Assembly (NCBI GenBank): GCA_963665665.1
Contig: OY762428.1
Location: 1,760,001-1,824,000 of the forward strand
DNA from: Candidatus Kapaibacterium sp.
Lineage (GTDB): Bacteria; Bacteroidota; Ignavibacteria; Kapaibacteriales; UBA2268
Direction of reading: 5' to 3'
DNA length: 64,000 nucleotides
The position numbers and the translations under genes are program-made. Positions within the stretch are counted from its first letter, which is position 1, and each line of letters starts with the position of its first letter. This document shows positions 20,204-29,792 of this stretch, piece by piece. The notes beneath the pieces are model-generated. The model was not told the DNA's origin. It saw only the letters and a list, made by a program, of their open reading frames with translations, and made no database searches.

Positions 20204-20603
20204 TAAAAAGCATTTTAAAAATATTTTCAACGTTTTGTGATCCTCAAAAAGGGAGTAGTATGAAATACAAGATAATTTTAATTGAATTTTATATTATAAT
20301 ACCCTTTCTAATTCAAATCAGTTACACGAATCCCAAAGCAATATTCAGGAACAGATTCCGCAGCAGTCAGAGTTCCTTTTTTCGTGGATTCGCCCCGCAA
20401 TGTTAGCCTGATAAATATCTTGTGGTTTTGCTCATAAAAACCAGGCCTAACGAATTCATGCCTTGATGTTTTTCAATAACAGCTGTTCGGGATCAACTAA
20501 ATGCCCGGGGATTTTTATATTATTGCAAAATAATATCTTTACTTTTTCAATTCTTTTTTTTAATATTAGCAATCTTTAATTGTGATAATTGAAAGGTATC
20601 CCT

Positions 20604-22769
20604 ATGAGAATTCCCTTACGAACTTCGAAATGTATATTCCGGATTATTCCTTTTTTACTTTTTTTCATCCATATCAGCTTGTCGGCACAGGATCCGAGAT
20701 ATATCAACACCAAAGACCATTCTGTTCTGATAAATGCCTTAGCGAATGAAGCGGACAATTCAATAACCCTGAGTTGGCTGGAGAATGACCTGGAACTGGG
20801 ATATAAAATTGAAAGAAGAAAGCTCGGAGCCTCCTATTTCCCGATATCGCCACTGGCAGAGCTGGAAGGAAAGATTCATGAATTTGTTGATAATGGTGTT
20901 GAACCTGGGCAAATTTATGAATATAAGATTACCGGCCTTCGCAATGGCTCTGTATCTCTTACCTTTGAAAGACAGGACGGAACTGAATTCGATTCGGCTG
21001 TTGCATTTAATTTCAATTCCTACGGCTATATTCTTGCAGGAGTAAAAGCAGTTAGCGATAATCAGACTGGCAGGCTGCTTTTGCTTGTTGATGAAACAAT
21101 TGCCGAACCTTTGCAAGCTGAAATTGAACGATACAAAATTCAGGCAGCCAACGAAGGCTGGGATGTTGTCAGCCGTGAAGTCCCGAGAACTGAAAAATTT
21201 GACGGGAACGCCGTTGTTCAGGTAAAATCAGTGATACTGGATGTATATACTGAATATCAGGATCTTAGCCATATATTTATTCTCGGCAGGGTGGCAGTCC
21301 CCTATTCGGGCAGAATCAATCCCGACGCACACAAAAATCATATTGGTGCCTGGCCTGCTGATGTTTATTACGGAATTGCCTACGACAACAACTGGAAAGA
21401 TCAGACAATATATGATACTTCCGCTTCACGCCAACAAAACAGGAACATACCCGGCGACGGAAAATTCGACATATCAATGCTTAGTACCGCGATAGTTAAT
21501 TTCGCCGTGGGCAGGGTTGATTTTTATGACATGCCGGAGTTTGAAGAAAATGAGATCGAACTTCTCCGGAACTATCTTGACAAGAACTATCAATACAGAA
21601 CCGGTAATACCGCTTATCAGACACGCGGCCTTGTTGATGACAACTTCGGTGCCAAAAAATATCTGGAAGGCTTCGGATCAAGCGGCTGGAGAAATCTTGC
21701 GTCTCTTTGCGGAAAAGACAATGTAGTTTCGCTTGACTGGTTTACTACACTTGAAGAACAGTCATATCTGTGGGCTTACGGTTGCGGTGGCGGCACATAT
21801 ATTAAAGCCGGAGGAATAGGATTTACGGAGAACTTTGCAAACGCCCCCGCCGTGAATGCTGTTTTCACTATGCTTTTCGGATCTTATTTCGGAGACTGGG
21901 ATTCTCAGAACAATTTTCTAAGGGCATCACTTGCATCGAAACCTTCGATTCTGACATGTGCCTGGGCCGGTAGGCCGCCCTGGTATTTTCACCACATGGC
22001 AGCTGGTATGAATATTGGTTTTTCTACTGTGCTTTCGCAAACAAATTCCACTGAATACCTGCCAAATGGTTACTTCCTGAATGGCCCGAATGGAAATGCA
22101 AGCGTTCAGCAATACGGCACTAAGCAGGTACACGCAGCCCTGATGGGCGACCCTACACTGAGAATGTTTATGGGAAATAAAGCCCCGGAAAATTTCAAAG
22201 TTACTAGCAATGAAAACGGTACTGCTCTTCTTACCTGGAACAGCCCCGATGGTGTTTCTGATGATCACTATTTTGATGTTTACCAGGACTATCTGCCTGA
22301 TAACGAAAGTTTTGAAAAAATTAATATTGAACCTGTCAGAACAAATAGCTTTGATATTGGTTATGAAACCGACGGAGACTATAAATTCAAACTTGTACTG
22401 ATGGAACTTAAGGAAACCAATACCGGATCGTTCTACATGCAGGGAGAATGCAGCACAGTGCAGGCCACCCTGCTTGACGTGCCTGAAGACGAGAGGGCAA
22501 ACAGCCTGATATCCCAACCTAATCCTGCCACGGATAATTCTACAATTACAATAAGCATGGCCAATCCCGCCGAACTAAGGGTTGTGGTTTATGATATTGC
22601 GGGTTTGCCTGTAAAAACACTGTTCGGCGGCAGGAAAGCGGCAGGAAGCCATAGTATAGCCTGGTCTCTTACTGATGATGGCGGACACAAGCTTCCCGCA
22701 GGAGTTTACTTTATACATTATTCAATCGGAAGCCAAAGCGGTTCTGAAAAGATAGTAATATTAAGGTAG
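20604..22769 (+). CDS. T9SS-secreted protein: FN3 domains flanking a gingipain/peptidase C25-like domain, plus CTD
   Basis: Signal peptide; FN3-like ITLSW..YKIERR..F.D..VEPG..YEY; FILGRVAVPYSG, ADVYY, AVGRV, LMGDPTLR; CTD PNPA...VYDIAG...LPAGVYF...KIVIL. Confidence 0.75.
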   Translation: MRIPLRTSKCIFRIIPFLLFFIHISLSAQDPRYINTKDHSVLINALANEADNSITLSWLENDLELGYKIERRKLGASYFPISPLAELEGKIHEFVDNGVEPGQIYEYKITGLRNGSVSLTFERQDGTEFDSAVAFNFNSYGYILAGVKAVSDNQTGRLLLLVDETIAEPLQAEIERYKIQAANEGWDVVSREVPRTEKFDGNAVVQVKSVILDVYTEYQDLSHIFILGRVAVPYSGRINPDAHKNHIGAWPADVYYGIAYDNNWKDQTIYDTSASRQQNRNIPGDGKFDISMLSTAIVNFAVGRVDFYDMPEFEENEIELLRNYLDKNYQYRTGNTAYQTRGLVDDNFGAKKYLEGFGSSGWRNLASLCGKDNVVSLDWFTTLEEQSYLWAYGCGGGTYIKAGGIGFTENFANAPAVNAVFTMLFGSYFGDWDSQNNFLRASLASKPSILTCAWAGRPPWYFHHMAAGMNIGFSTVLSQTNSTEYLPNGYFLNGPNGNASVQQYGTKQVHAALMGDPTLRMFMGNKAPENFKVTSNENGTALLTWNSPDGVSDDHYFDVYQDYLPDNESFEKINIEPVRTNSFDIGYETDGDYKFKLVLMELKETNTGSFYMQGECSTVQATLLDVPEDERANSLISQPNPATDNSTITISMANPAELRVVVYDIAGLPVKTLFGGRKAAGSHSIAWSLTDDGGHKLPAGVYFIHYSIGSQSGSEKIVILR

Positions 22770-22876
22770 CTCATCTTTCCGATATTGATACAATTTTATC
22801 AGGATTATGTATGTATCGTAACCATTCGGACTGTGTTAAACTAATTGAATATTTTACAAAATAACAGCTGAAAAGT

Positions 22877-22983
22877 GTCATTCCCCGATAAATCGGGGCA
22901 GGCTTCCGCATTTTGCGAGTGAAGAATCCACGTAATATGCAGAATATGTTGAAGAATGGATACTTCGCTTTGCTCAGTATGAC
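22877..22983. repeat. GTCATT...GAAGAATCC / GGATACTTCG...CTCAGTATGAC palindromic repeat with an inserted mini-hairpin
   Basis: Same family as 14670-14760; interrupted by CCCCGATAAATCGGGGCAGGC. Confidence 0.65.
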
Positions 22984-23111
22984 TGCTTTCTACAATTTAT
23001 CAGATTTATATTGTTCAGCTGAACAGCAACAATGATTTTAATAATATAGCTTGCATATTTGATCATGATAATTATATTTTGCAGGAATATTTTATTAAAG
23101 GATAAAAATAC

Positions 23112-24182
23112 ATGACTGAACTTATAAAACTTCTTTCCATTTCAGATTTAAAATGGGTTAACGCACCTATTGTTCTGGCACTTTATGTTGTTATTGCAAT
23201 AATTATCGACCTGATTATACGCAAAGTACTGATAAAACTTACAAAATTTACCAAATCGAATATCGATGATAAAATTGTAATGCTCCTACGCAAGCCGATA
23301 TTCTATTCAATTTTAGCAACAGGCCTGCTTGGTGCTTTAAAGATCCTTGAGCTGTCGGGAAATTATGAACTAACTTCAAGAAGAGTGATTTATTCCATTG
23401 TTGTTCTTATCTGGATAATAGTAATTATCAGGGCTTTGAAGCATGTAATCAGCGAGGCTATATATAAACTATCCGACCATACCGGCCTTGGGAAGGACAT
23501 TGTTCCGCTGATAACGAATATTGCCAAAATTGCAGTAATAATTGCCGGTGTAATGACGCTGCTTGCAGTCTGGCATGTGGATATCACACCTATATGGGCA
23601 TCGGCAGGTATAGCCAGCGCTATTATTGCCCTGGCAGCAAAAGATACCCTGGCAAATTTCTTTGGCGGTATAAGTGTCTATTTCGACAAGCCTTATAAAG
23701 TGGGCGACTATATTGAACTGGATCAGAAGGAACGCGGCGAGGTTGTTGAAATTGGTATCCGCAGCACAAGAATAAAAACCAGGGATGATATTTTGATTTC
23801 CATCCCGAACAGCATTATTGCCAATTCAAAAATAGTAAACGAAAGCGCACCTGTTGAACATTTCCGCGTTAGAATACCTATTGGCGTTGCTTACGGATCG
23901 GATATTGATAAAGTGGAAACATTGCTATTGAGCGTAGCATTAGAAAATGATAATATTATAGAAGACCCCGAGCCGCGTGTGCGTTTCAGAAATTTCGGAG
24001 ACTCCAGCCTGAATTTCGAGCTGCTCTGCTGGGCCAAGGAGCCTGCCCTGCGCGGCCTGACAATACATGAAATGAATAAAAAAATCTATAAACTTTTTGC
24101 AGAAGAAAATGTTACAATACCCTTCCCGCAAAGAGATCTGCACATTATCAGCCATAAGCGGGACAAAAGCGATAATAATTAG
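23112..24182 (+). CDS. mscS: MscS-family mechanosensitive channel
   Basis: Multiple TM segments; ALAAKDTLANFFGG, DKPYKVGDYI, G.V.EIGIRST.I, IPNS, GVAYGSD, FGDSSLNFEL, IPFPQRDLH. Confidence 0.92.
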   Translation: MTELIKLLSISDLKWVNAPIVLALYVVIAIIIDLIIRKVLIKLTKFTKSNIDDKIVMLLRKPIFYSILATGLLGALKILELSGNYELTSRRVIYSIVVLIWIIVIIRALKHVISEAIYKLSDHTGLGKDIVPLITNIAKIAVIIAGVMTLLAVWHVDITPIWASAGIASAIIALAAKDTLANFFGGISVYFDKPYKVGDYIELDQKERGEVVEIGIRSTRIKTRDDILISIPNSIIANSKIVNESAPVEHFRVRIPIGVAYGSDIDKVETLLLSVALENDNIIEDPEPRVRFRNFGDSSLNFELLCWAKEPALRGLTIHEMNKKIYKLFAEENVTIPFPQRDLHIISHKRDKSDNN

Positions 24183-24207
24183 AAATATTTCTTTTGGGAT
24201 AAAAATG

Positions 24208-24243
24208 AAAAGCCGTCCAAACTGTTTAAGTCCGGGCGGCTTT
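24208..24243. terminator. Bidirectional terminator between convergent genes
   Basis: AAAAGCCGTCC...GGGCGGCTTT stem between the mscS and Yip1 stops. Confidence 0.55.
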
Positions 24244-24269
24244 GCAATATTTATTCAATATCAATCAAA

Positions 24270-25103
24270 TTACATCATCGTAAGAAATGACAAAAATGGC
24301 ACTGCCTGGGCCAAAGCAAATAAAATAAGGCCAAATCCAAGCCATGTTGCAAATACTGCAATAATAAACTTTGTTGAATTTTCAGACCTGTACATCTTGG
24401 CAAGGCCTAATCCAAGAACCCAATAGAACCAAATCCTTAACGGGTCGAGTTTTGATGTAATAAAGAAAGTGAAATCTCCGGGTTCAGAACCCATTACGGC
24501 AGCAACACTTGTGCCCATAATAAATTTACCGGCTATCATAGTAATAAGCAAAATAACAAGTAGCTGAATACTTGTGATAAGTGTGGCTAACCCGTACACG
24601 GAAAGAGCCGAAGAATACGATCCTTCTCCCCTTAATATAAATCTTGCTAAAATAAACCAAACCAGCCCAAGCAGGAATACCTGCAGGAATGCCCAGATAA
24701 CAACTCCTATCATATTCATTATCGGGCCGGCCTCAAATTGTTTTTCCACCTGGGCATAAGCAGCATCCATTGCACTGTCTGCCTGCTCTTTTGTTAAAAA
24801 GCCTGCTTCCACCTGTTTGTCGATAGATTGCTCTGCCTGGTCCAAACCGAATTCTTTCAGTTGCTGTTTTATCTCAGGGCTTGAATACATCATAAATGTT
24901 GAAACAAAACTAACAGCAATCATTATTATAACGGGAATCAGCCAGTCAACAGCTTTTGGCTGGTATTTTGCCATTTTACCAAATGTTGCCGAGGGCGAAC
25001 TGATAACACCGACCAGTTTATCGGCAAGCGACGGTTCGTCTTCAGGGTTTGCAAATGGCGGGATATCCTGAGTTTCAGGCATTTGAGTATCATTTTCAGT
25101 CAT
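24270..25103 (-). CDS. Yip1-family membrane protein
   Basis: GVISSPSATF..M....P...W.IP motif followed by about five TM helices; start MTEND at 25103 preferred within the ORF to 25139. Confidence 0.75.
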   Translation of the reverse strand: MTENDTQMPETQDIPPFANPEDEPSLADKLVGVISSPSATFGKMAKYQPKAVDWLIPVIIMIAVSFVSTFMMYSSPEIKQQLKEFGLDQAEQSIDKQVEAGFLTKEQADSAMDAAYAQVEKQFEAGPIMNMIGVVIWAFLQVFLLGLVWFILARFILRGEGSYSSALSVYGLATLITSIQLLVILLITMIAGKFIMGTSVAAVMGSEPGDFTFFITSKLDPLRIWFYWVLGLGLAKMYRSENSTKFIIAVFATWLGFGLILFALAQAVPFLSFLTMM

Positions 25104-25343
25104 ATTTTCTCCATGATATTGCGAAAATTGTTTCTTCACCGGAATACGTAAAATAAAAAAAATTGTTCTACGGACAAATTGATAATAAAAAATGGGGCGC
25201 TCTATTCTCGGAAAAGTTAGCAGAAGCTTTAATATTTTTTACACAAATATAAGAGTCATAAATAATCAACAATATTATTTTGAATATTTGAAATATTTTT
25301 ATATGTTGTTATTATTGAATTACAATCAAATAGCGAGGAAATT

Positions 25344-26969
25344 ATGCCCAAATTTATCTTATTTTGTATTATTGCTTTTAGCTTTGTCTCATCGCCTCAT
25401 CTTAAAGCTGACGAGGATTCCCGTGAAGGAGATTCTCTGGCCCTGGTAGCACTGTATAATTCAACAAACGGCCCGGAATGGTATGATAGCAGAAACTGGC
25501 TCAGCAATGAACCTATTGACAAATGGGAAGGAATTGAAGTTCGTAATAACAGAGTTTTCTGCATCGATTTAATACGTAATGATTTGGTTGGTGAATTACC
25601 TGATGAGATTGGCAACCTAAAGTGGGTGCACTATTTTGCTTTGGCATTTAATCGCCTGGAAGGATCAATACCTGAAACTATTACAAATATTGGAAATTGC
25701 CAACTTCTTTATCTTAATGCTAATTGCCTGACTGGGCATATTCCAGATTCAATTTCTAAACTACAAAATCTTTTATGGCTTGATCTTAGTAATAATCGCC
25801 TGACTGGAAAGATTCCGAATTCTATATGTAGTATGAAAAAACTATCATCCATAGACCTTAGTCACAATATCATTTTTGGCGAATTGCCTGAAAAATTGTA
25901 TGAAATGGAAAATTTATCGAAATTAATATTAAGTGATAATAAAATAAGCGGCAATTTTATCGAACCCCTGCAAAATGCAAAAGAACTAAAGGAATTGTAT
26001 TTGAACAATAATGACATGATTGGAAGTTTAACTGATGATCTGTCTGGTTTTACCCGATTAGAAGTTTTAAATATCAGCTATAATAATTTTAGCGGATCAA
26101 TAACAAATAATCTTTCCGCTTTTTCAAAATTGAAAATCCTTGATATTAGTAATAATTATTTTTCAGGGACTATCCCGTCCGGGTTAAGTGCTTTAAAGGA
26201 TTTAGAAAAGTTTGATATATCAGGAAATAATTTTTCGGGCCAAATACCGAAGGAATTAACTGAATTACCTGAACTATCAGTTCTAAATCTGTCTTATAAT
26301 ATGTTTCAGGAAAAGTTTGACTTTGAATTAGATTCTCTGAAAAATTTAGACTATCTATATCTCGGAAATAATAAATACCAGTTTGATATGTTCGAAGAGA
26401 TTTATTCAGTTTTCGATCGACTGGACTATTATTGGATATCTCCTCAGGACTCAATCGGAGAAGCCCAAACCATTATAGCTGATCTGTATGATAATATAAT
26501 CCTATCGGCAGAATGCAGGGGGCTAAATAATATTTATCAATGGTATAAAGATAGAAAAGCTTTCAGTGAAAAATCGGATAACCCATTTCTTGAAATAAAT
26601 AATTTTTCTAAAATTGATACAGGTGTATATATTTGTAAAATAACCAATTCTTTAATTAAAGGTTTAAGAATCTATAGTAAACCACAGGTATTAAAATTAC
26701 CTCCTATGGGAATAAACGAAAACAATCAGGTTGTTAAGGATGATTTTGAAATATTTTTGGATTCTGAAAACCATTTGGCCGCAAAGTGGAACAATTTTCT
26801 TAGGGATGTGATTTTATATATTCACGATATTCGGGGCAGCAAAATATATGAAATCAATCCAGAAGGCAATTGTACAAATATCCCTGTGAATAACTTTTCA
26901 CCGGGAGTTTATATCTGTACAATTTCCGATGGCCTTAAATCATTTTCTAAAAAATTCATTGTCAGGTAG
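25344..26969 (+). CDS. Leucine-rich-repeat protein with Ig domain and T9SS CTD
   Basis: DSLALVALYNST.G..W cap; plant-like LRRs L.LS.N.L.G.IP; YQWYKD...DTGVY.C Ig motif; C-terminal IHDIRG...SPGVY...KKFIVR. Confidence 0.9.
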   Translation: MPKFILFCIIAFSFVSSPHLKADEDSREGDSLALVALYNSTNGPEWYDSRNWLSNEPIDKWEGIEVRNNRVFCIDLIRNDLVGELPDEIGNLKWVHYFALAFNRLEGSIPETITNIGNCQLLYLNANCLTGHIPDSISKLQNLLWLDLSNNRLTGKIPNSICSMKKLSSIDLSHNIIFGELPEKLYEMENLSKLILSDNKISGNFIEPLQNAKELKELYLNNNDMIGSLTDDLSGFTRLEVLNISYNNFSGSITNNLSAFSKLKILDISNNYFSGTIPSGLSALKDLEKFDISGNNFSGQIPKELTELPELSVLNLSYNMFQEKFDFELDSLKNLDYLYLGNNKYQFDMFEEIYSVFDRLDYYWISPQDSIGEAQTIIADLYDNIILSAECRGLNNIYQWYKDRKAFSEKSDNPFLEINNFSKIDTGVYICKITNSLIKGLRIYSKPQVLKLPPMGINENNQVVKDDFEIFLDSENHLAAKWNNFLRDVILYIHDIRGSKIYEINPEGNCTNIPVNNFSPGVYICTISDGLKSFSKKFIVR

Positions 26970-26976
26970 GAAATTG

Positions 26977-27001
26977 CAGCCTCCCCGATAAAAGGAGGCT
27001 G
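26977..27001. terminator. Hairpin between convergent genes
   Basis: CAGCCTCC-N9-GGAGGCTG. Confidence 0.6.
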
Positions 27002-27009
27002 TTTAAATT

Positions 27010-27765
27010 TTACGGACTTTCTATCCTTACAGACTGCACTATCTGGTTCTGCCACATTGAATATAGCGTAGTTTTTATCTCTTCTTTCAATTTGTCATTA
27101 AGTTCCGGTTCATGTCGTTTTTGTACTTTGTATAAAGAATATTTATCAGCCTCCTGAATTGGTCCGACAATCTCACCTTCGTCGGCAGTAAATACTTTTC
27201 CTTCAATTTCCGGCGCAAGCATTCCCCTGCGTATATTACCGATATTTCCACCTGACATCTTCAGGCCCGGATCTTCGGAATACTTAGTGGAAAGCCCGGA
27301 AAAATCCTTGCCGTCGTCACGTGCTTCCATCAGCAGTTCCTCGGCCTCTCCTTTTTTTGAAACTAAAATCTTCAGCAGGTCCACGGTAAGGTAGAGCATT
27401 TTATTCTGAATAAAATACTGCTCAATTTTATCATCGCCAATGATTGTTTTTTTTACCTTGGTTTCAAGAAATTCAAATTCTATGCTATCTATCCACTGGT
27501 CAGAGGTAATTCCCATCTGGGAAAAATACTGCTGCGTTTCCTTCGCTGATATTAGTCCGAGTTTTTTTCGTTTATCATTAACGTAATTTTGCAACTCATC
27601 ATCACTAACTTCAATTTTCTGATGCTTGGCAAAATCCTGGATAGCCCTGATTCTGATCAGATCCTGAAGGGCCTGGCGAAACTTCCCCTGTGTTTTCAGC
27701 AGGATAAGTATGTCATTCTGGGTAACCTCAGCATCATTTACTTTAATAATTACATTGTTTTCCAT
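27010..27765 (-). CDS. PpiC/parvulin-type peptidyl-prolyl isomerase (PrsA/SurA-like foldase) without signal peptide
   Basis: N-terminal helical module IEVSDDELQ..VN..R...GL.SA.ET; rotamase motifs ILV....EAEEL......G.DF..L..KYSED......GG.IG...RG.L.PEIE..VF....GEIVGPI. Confidence 0.85.
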   Translation of the reverse strand: MENNVIIKVNDAEVTQNDILILLKTQGKFRQALQDLIRIRAIQDFAKHQKIEVSDDELQNYVNDKRKKLGLISAKETQQYFSQMGITSDQWIDSIEFEFLETKVKKTIIGDDKIEQYFIQNKMLYLTVDLLKILVSKKGEAEELLMEARDDGKDFSGLSTKYSEDPGLKMSGGNIGNIRRGMLAPEIEGKVFTADEGEIVGPIQEADKYSLYKVQKRHEPELNDKLKEEIKTTLYSMWQNQIVQSVRIESP

Positions 27766-27785
27766 ATTCGGAATCCTGTTTAAAT

Positions 27786-27819
27786 AAAAAAAGCTGCCCC
27801 GAATTCTTTCCGGGACAGC
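27786..27819 (-). terminator. Intrinsic terminator-like hairpin between the two chaperone-like genes
   Basis: Minus strand GCTGTCCCG-GAAAGAATT-CGGGGCAGC followed by T7. Confidence 0.7.
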
Positions 27820-27837
27820 CTGTAATTTAGTTTGGAT

Positions 27838-29124
27838 TTACAATGAAGCAGCATAGTTTTTAAATGCAGCTTCTTTCACCATGCTCATGAAAGCCTCATT
27901 TTCATTAAGGAATTTCATAATATCGTCAGCGCCGGTTTTCGCCTCATAGAATTTATTTATTGTTGCGCCTTTTTCGCACATATCAGCCCATGTATCTTCG
28001 CAAATTGCATGAGCATCAAGCCATGCGCCGGTTTCTGCAGCGTTGTGCAGTCCGTTCATTCTGCGCAGGTTGTCCGAAAAATCATTTATTTCTTTATCAG
28101 TTGCTTTAATACCTTCAGTACCGGCAGCATTGAAGAGTTTAGCATAAGTTACCATATCGTTCAGGGCAGCTGCAAATTCTTTTGAAGCCAGAACAGCTTT
28201 CACGATTTTCTCATCATTGAAAAGTTCAATACCGTCTTTGGCAAATTTGCGTTTCAAAAGCTCGGTAACTACCATGTACTCGAATTCATCCATGCTGAGC
28301 CCTGTGGAATTCAGCCATGTTTCGAAAGTAGCAACAGAGTGAAGTTTCATTATCCTGCGGAAATTATCTACAAATTCCTGGATTTCGTTTTCTTCAATGT
28401 CAATATTGTTTTTCTTTGCTTTTGCATGGATAATCTGGCCGAAGAGCATATCGGAAATCAGGCTGTTCAGCACGGGATACTTCTGTAATGCATTAGCAAT
28501 CTCATTCCTGAAGAATTCTTCCAGGTTTTCATCCTGAAGCTGATTAAGTACAATACCAGAATGTACATGTTTTTCCCAGTCGTCTTCATTCATACGTACA
28601 GCCGCAAGGAATGTCTGAAATTCTTCCAGGCTGTGCATACCCATAATCCTGCGAATATCGTCGGATGTTTCCTGAAGAATTTTGTCATCGGCTGCAATAC
28701 CTTTTGCTTTGGCCTTATTGATAATTTCATCAGTAATATGATTTCTAACTTCAGGAATACCTTTTACAAGTTTCCATGCATCAGCCATTACAACTGAATT
28801 ACCAATAGCAGCACGGGCTTTTTCCCTGAACAATTCATTTTCCAGGGTTTCTTCCCATTCGTCAAGAGTAATTCCCAGCGCTTCAAAGAAATTATTTGTT
28901 TCATTTGCATTGTGCAGCCCGAGTTCCAGCCGCCTGAGATCGGAATATGCCTGCAAAGTTTCGTCGCTTATCTGCAAACCGCCATGAACCGCGTGGTCCC
29001 TGATAACTTCGTTCATAACGACAGTTCTGCGAGCATTGTGGTAAGAGCCGTTCATTTTCATAAATGCCAAAACATCTTTTGCTGTGATTTTGGTTCCGGC
29101 TATGTCGCATAAAGTTTTGTCCAT
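27838..29124 (-). CDS. Protein of four tandem SurA-N-like helical modules, no rotamase domain
   Basis: Four ~100-aa repeats centred on SDLRRLELGLHNANET, SDDIRRIMGMHSLEEF, VDNFRRIMKLHSVATF and SDNLRRMNGLHNAAET; each resembles the N-terminal module of 27010-27765. Confidence 0.75.
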   Translation of the reverse strand: MDKTLCDIAGTKITAKDVLAFMKMNGSYHNARRTVVMNEVIRDHAVHGGLQISDETLQAYSDLRRLELGLHNANETNNFFEALGITLDEWEETLENELFREKARAAIGNSVVMADAWKLVKGIPEVRNHITDEIINKAKAKGIAADDKILQETSDDIRRIMGMHSLEEFQTFLAAVRMNEDDWEKHVHSGIVLNQLQDENLEEFFRNEIANALQKYPVLNSLISDMLFGQIIHAKAKKNNIDIEENEIQEFVDNFRRIMKLHSVATFETWLNSTGLSMDEFEYMVVTELLKRKFAKDGIELFNDEKIVKAVLASKEFAAALNDMVTYAKLFNAAGTEGIKATDKEINDFSDNLRRMNGLHNAAETGAWLDAHAICEDTWADMCEKGATINKFYEAKTGADDIMKFLNENEAFMSMVKEAAFKNYAASL

Positions 29125-29304
29125 TGTCTCTCCGGGTGAATGTGTATAATGTATTTTCTACTTGGATAGCCATTTTTTGAATTTACATATAGTGAATATA
29201 AAAAAAAACTTTATATGATAAAAAAAATTTATTATCTTTTCCTAAGAAAAATTATACATTCAGAACCTATTCAAGATTTTTTCATCATATCAGGGATAAA
29301 AATT

Positions 29305-29772
29305 ATGGCAAAGATTAAAATCAATGACCTGGAACAAAATTCCGAACTTGATGCCAAAGCAATGAAATCAGTAGTTGGCGCAGGCCTTATTGATCAAAGC
29401 AGCGGAATAAGCGGCAATACCGGACACAAAACCGGGGGCTCGGCAACAAACCAGGGCGACCAGACAGGTGGTGCCGGCGGAGCAGGCGGAAGCTCATTTG
29501 GTATTAATGATACAGATAACTTCGGAGGCCACGGCGGAGGTGCAAGCCAATATACCGGAGGCGGCCATCACGACTGGTGGGGCTGGGGTTGGGGCGGCGG
29601 TGGCTCTATTACCGGTTCGAACGCTACCGGCGGAGCAGGCGGCGGTGTAACAAGCATTGGCGCAGTTGGCGGAGCAGGTGGTGCAGGCGGTGCTGCAGTA
29701 GGAGCAATGGGTGGCGCTGTTTCTGATAATGTATCAACATCCATCTCAATGCCCGTTACCATGAATATTTAA
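29305..29772 (+). CDS. Gly-rich precursor protein with double-glycine-type leader (155 aa)
   Basis: MAKIKINDLEQNSELDAKAMKSVVGA has L(-12), M(-7), V(-4) and GA(-2/-1); Gly/Ala/Ser/Thr-rich core; AGGGA before ATG 29305; own terminator. Confidence 0.8.
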   Translation: MAKIKINDLEQNSELDAKAMKSVVGAGLIDQSSGISGNTGHKTGGSATNQGDQTGGAGGAGGSSFGINDTDNFGGHGGGASQYTGGGHHDWWGWGWGGGGSITGSNATGGAGGGVTSIGAVGGAGGAGGAAVGAMGGAVSDNVSTSISMPVTMNI

Positions 29773-29792
29773 TTAATCCGGTTATTGGAACT

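Noticed and set aside
20325-20400. Possible structured ncRNA (CGAATCC/GGATTCG and AGGAAC/GTTCCT pairings) in the 20204-20600 spacer
   Set aside because: Stems are short, and I recognise no SRP, 6S, tmRNA or riboswitch motif; an Rfam scan is needed.
29215-29304. Longer 185-aa start for the Gly-rich precursor
   Set aside because: The extension is AT-rich promoter-like DNA; ATG 29305 has a purine-rich upstream tract and gives a typical 26-aa leader.
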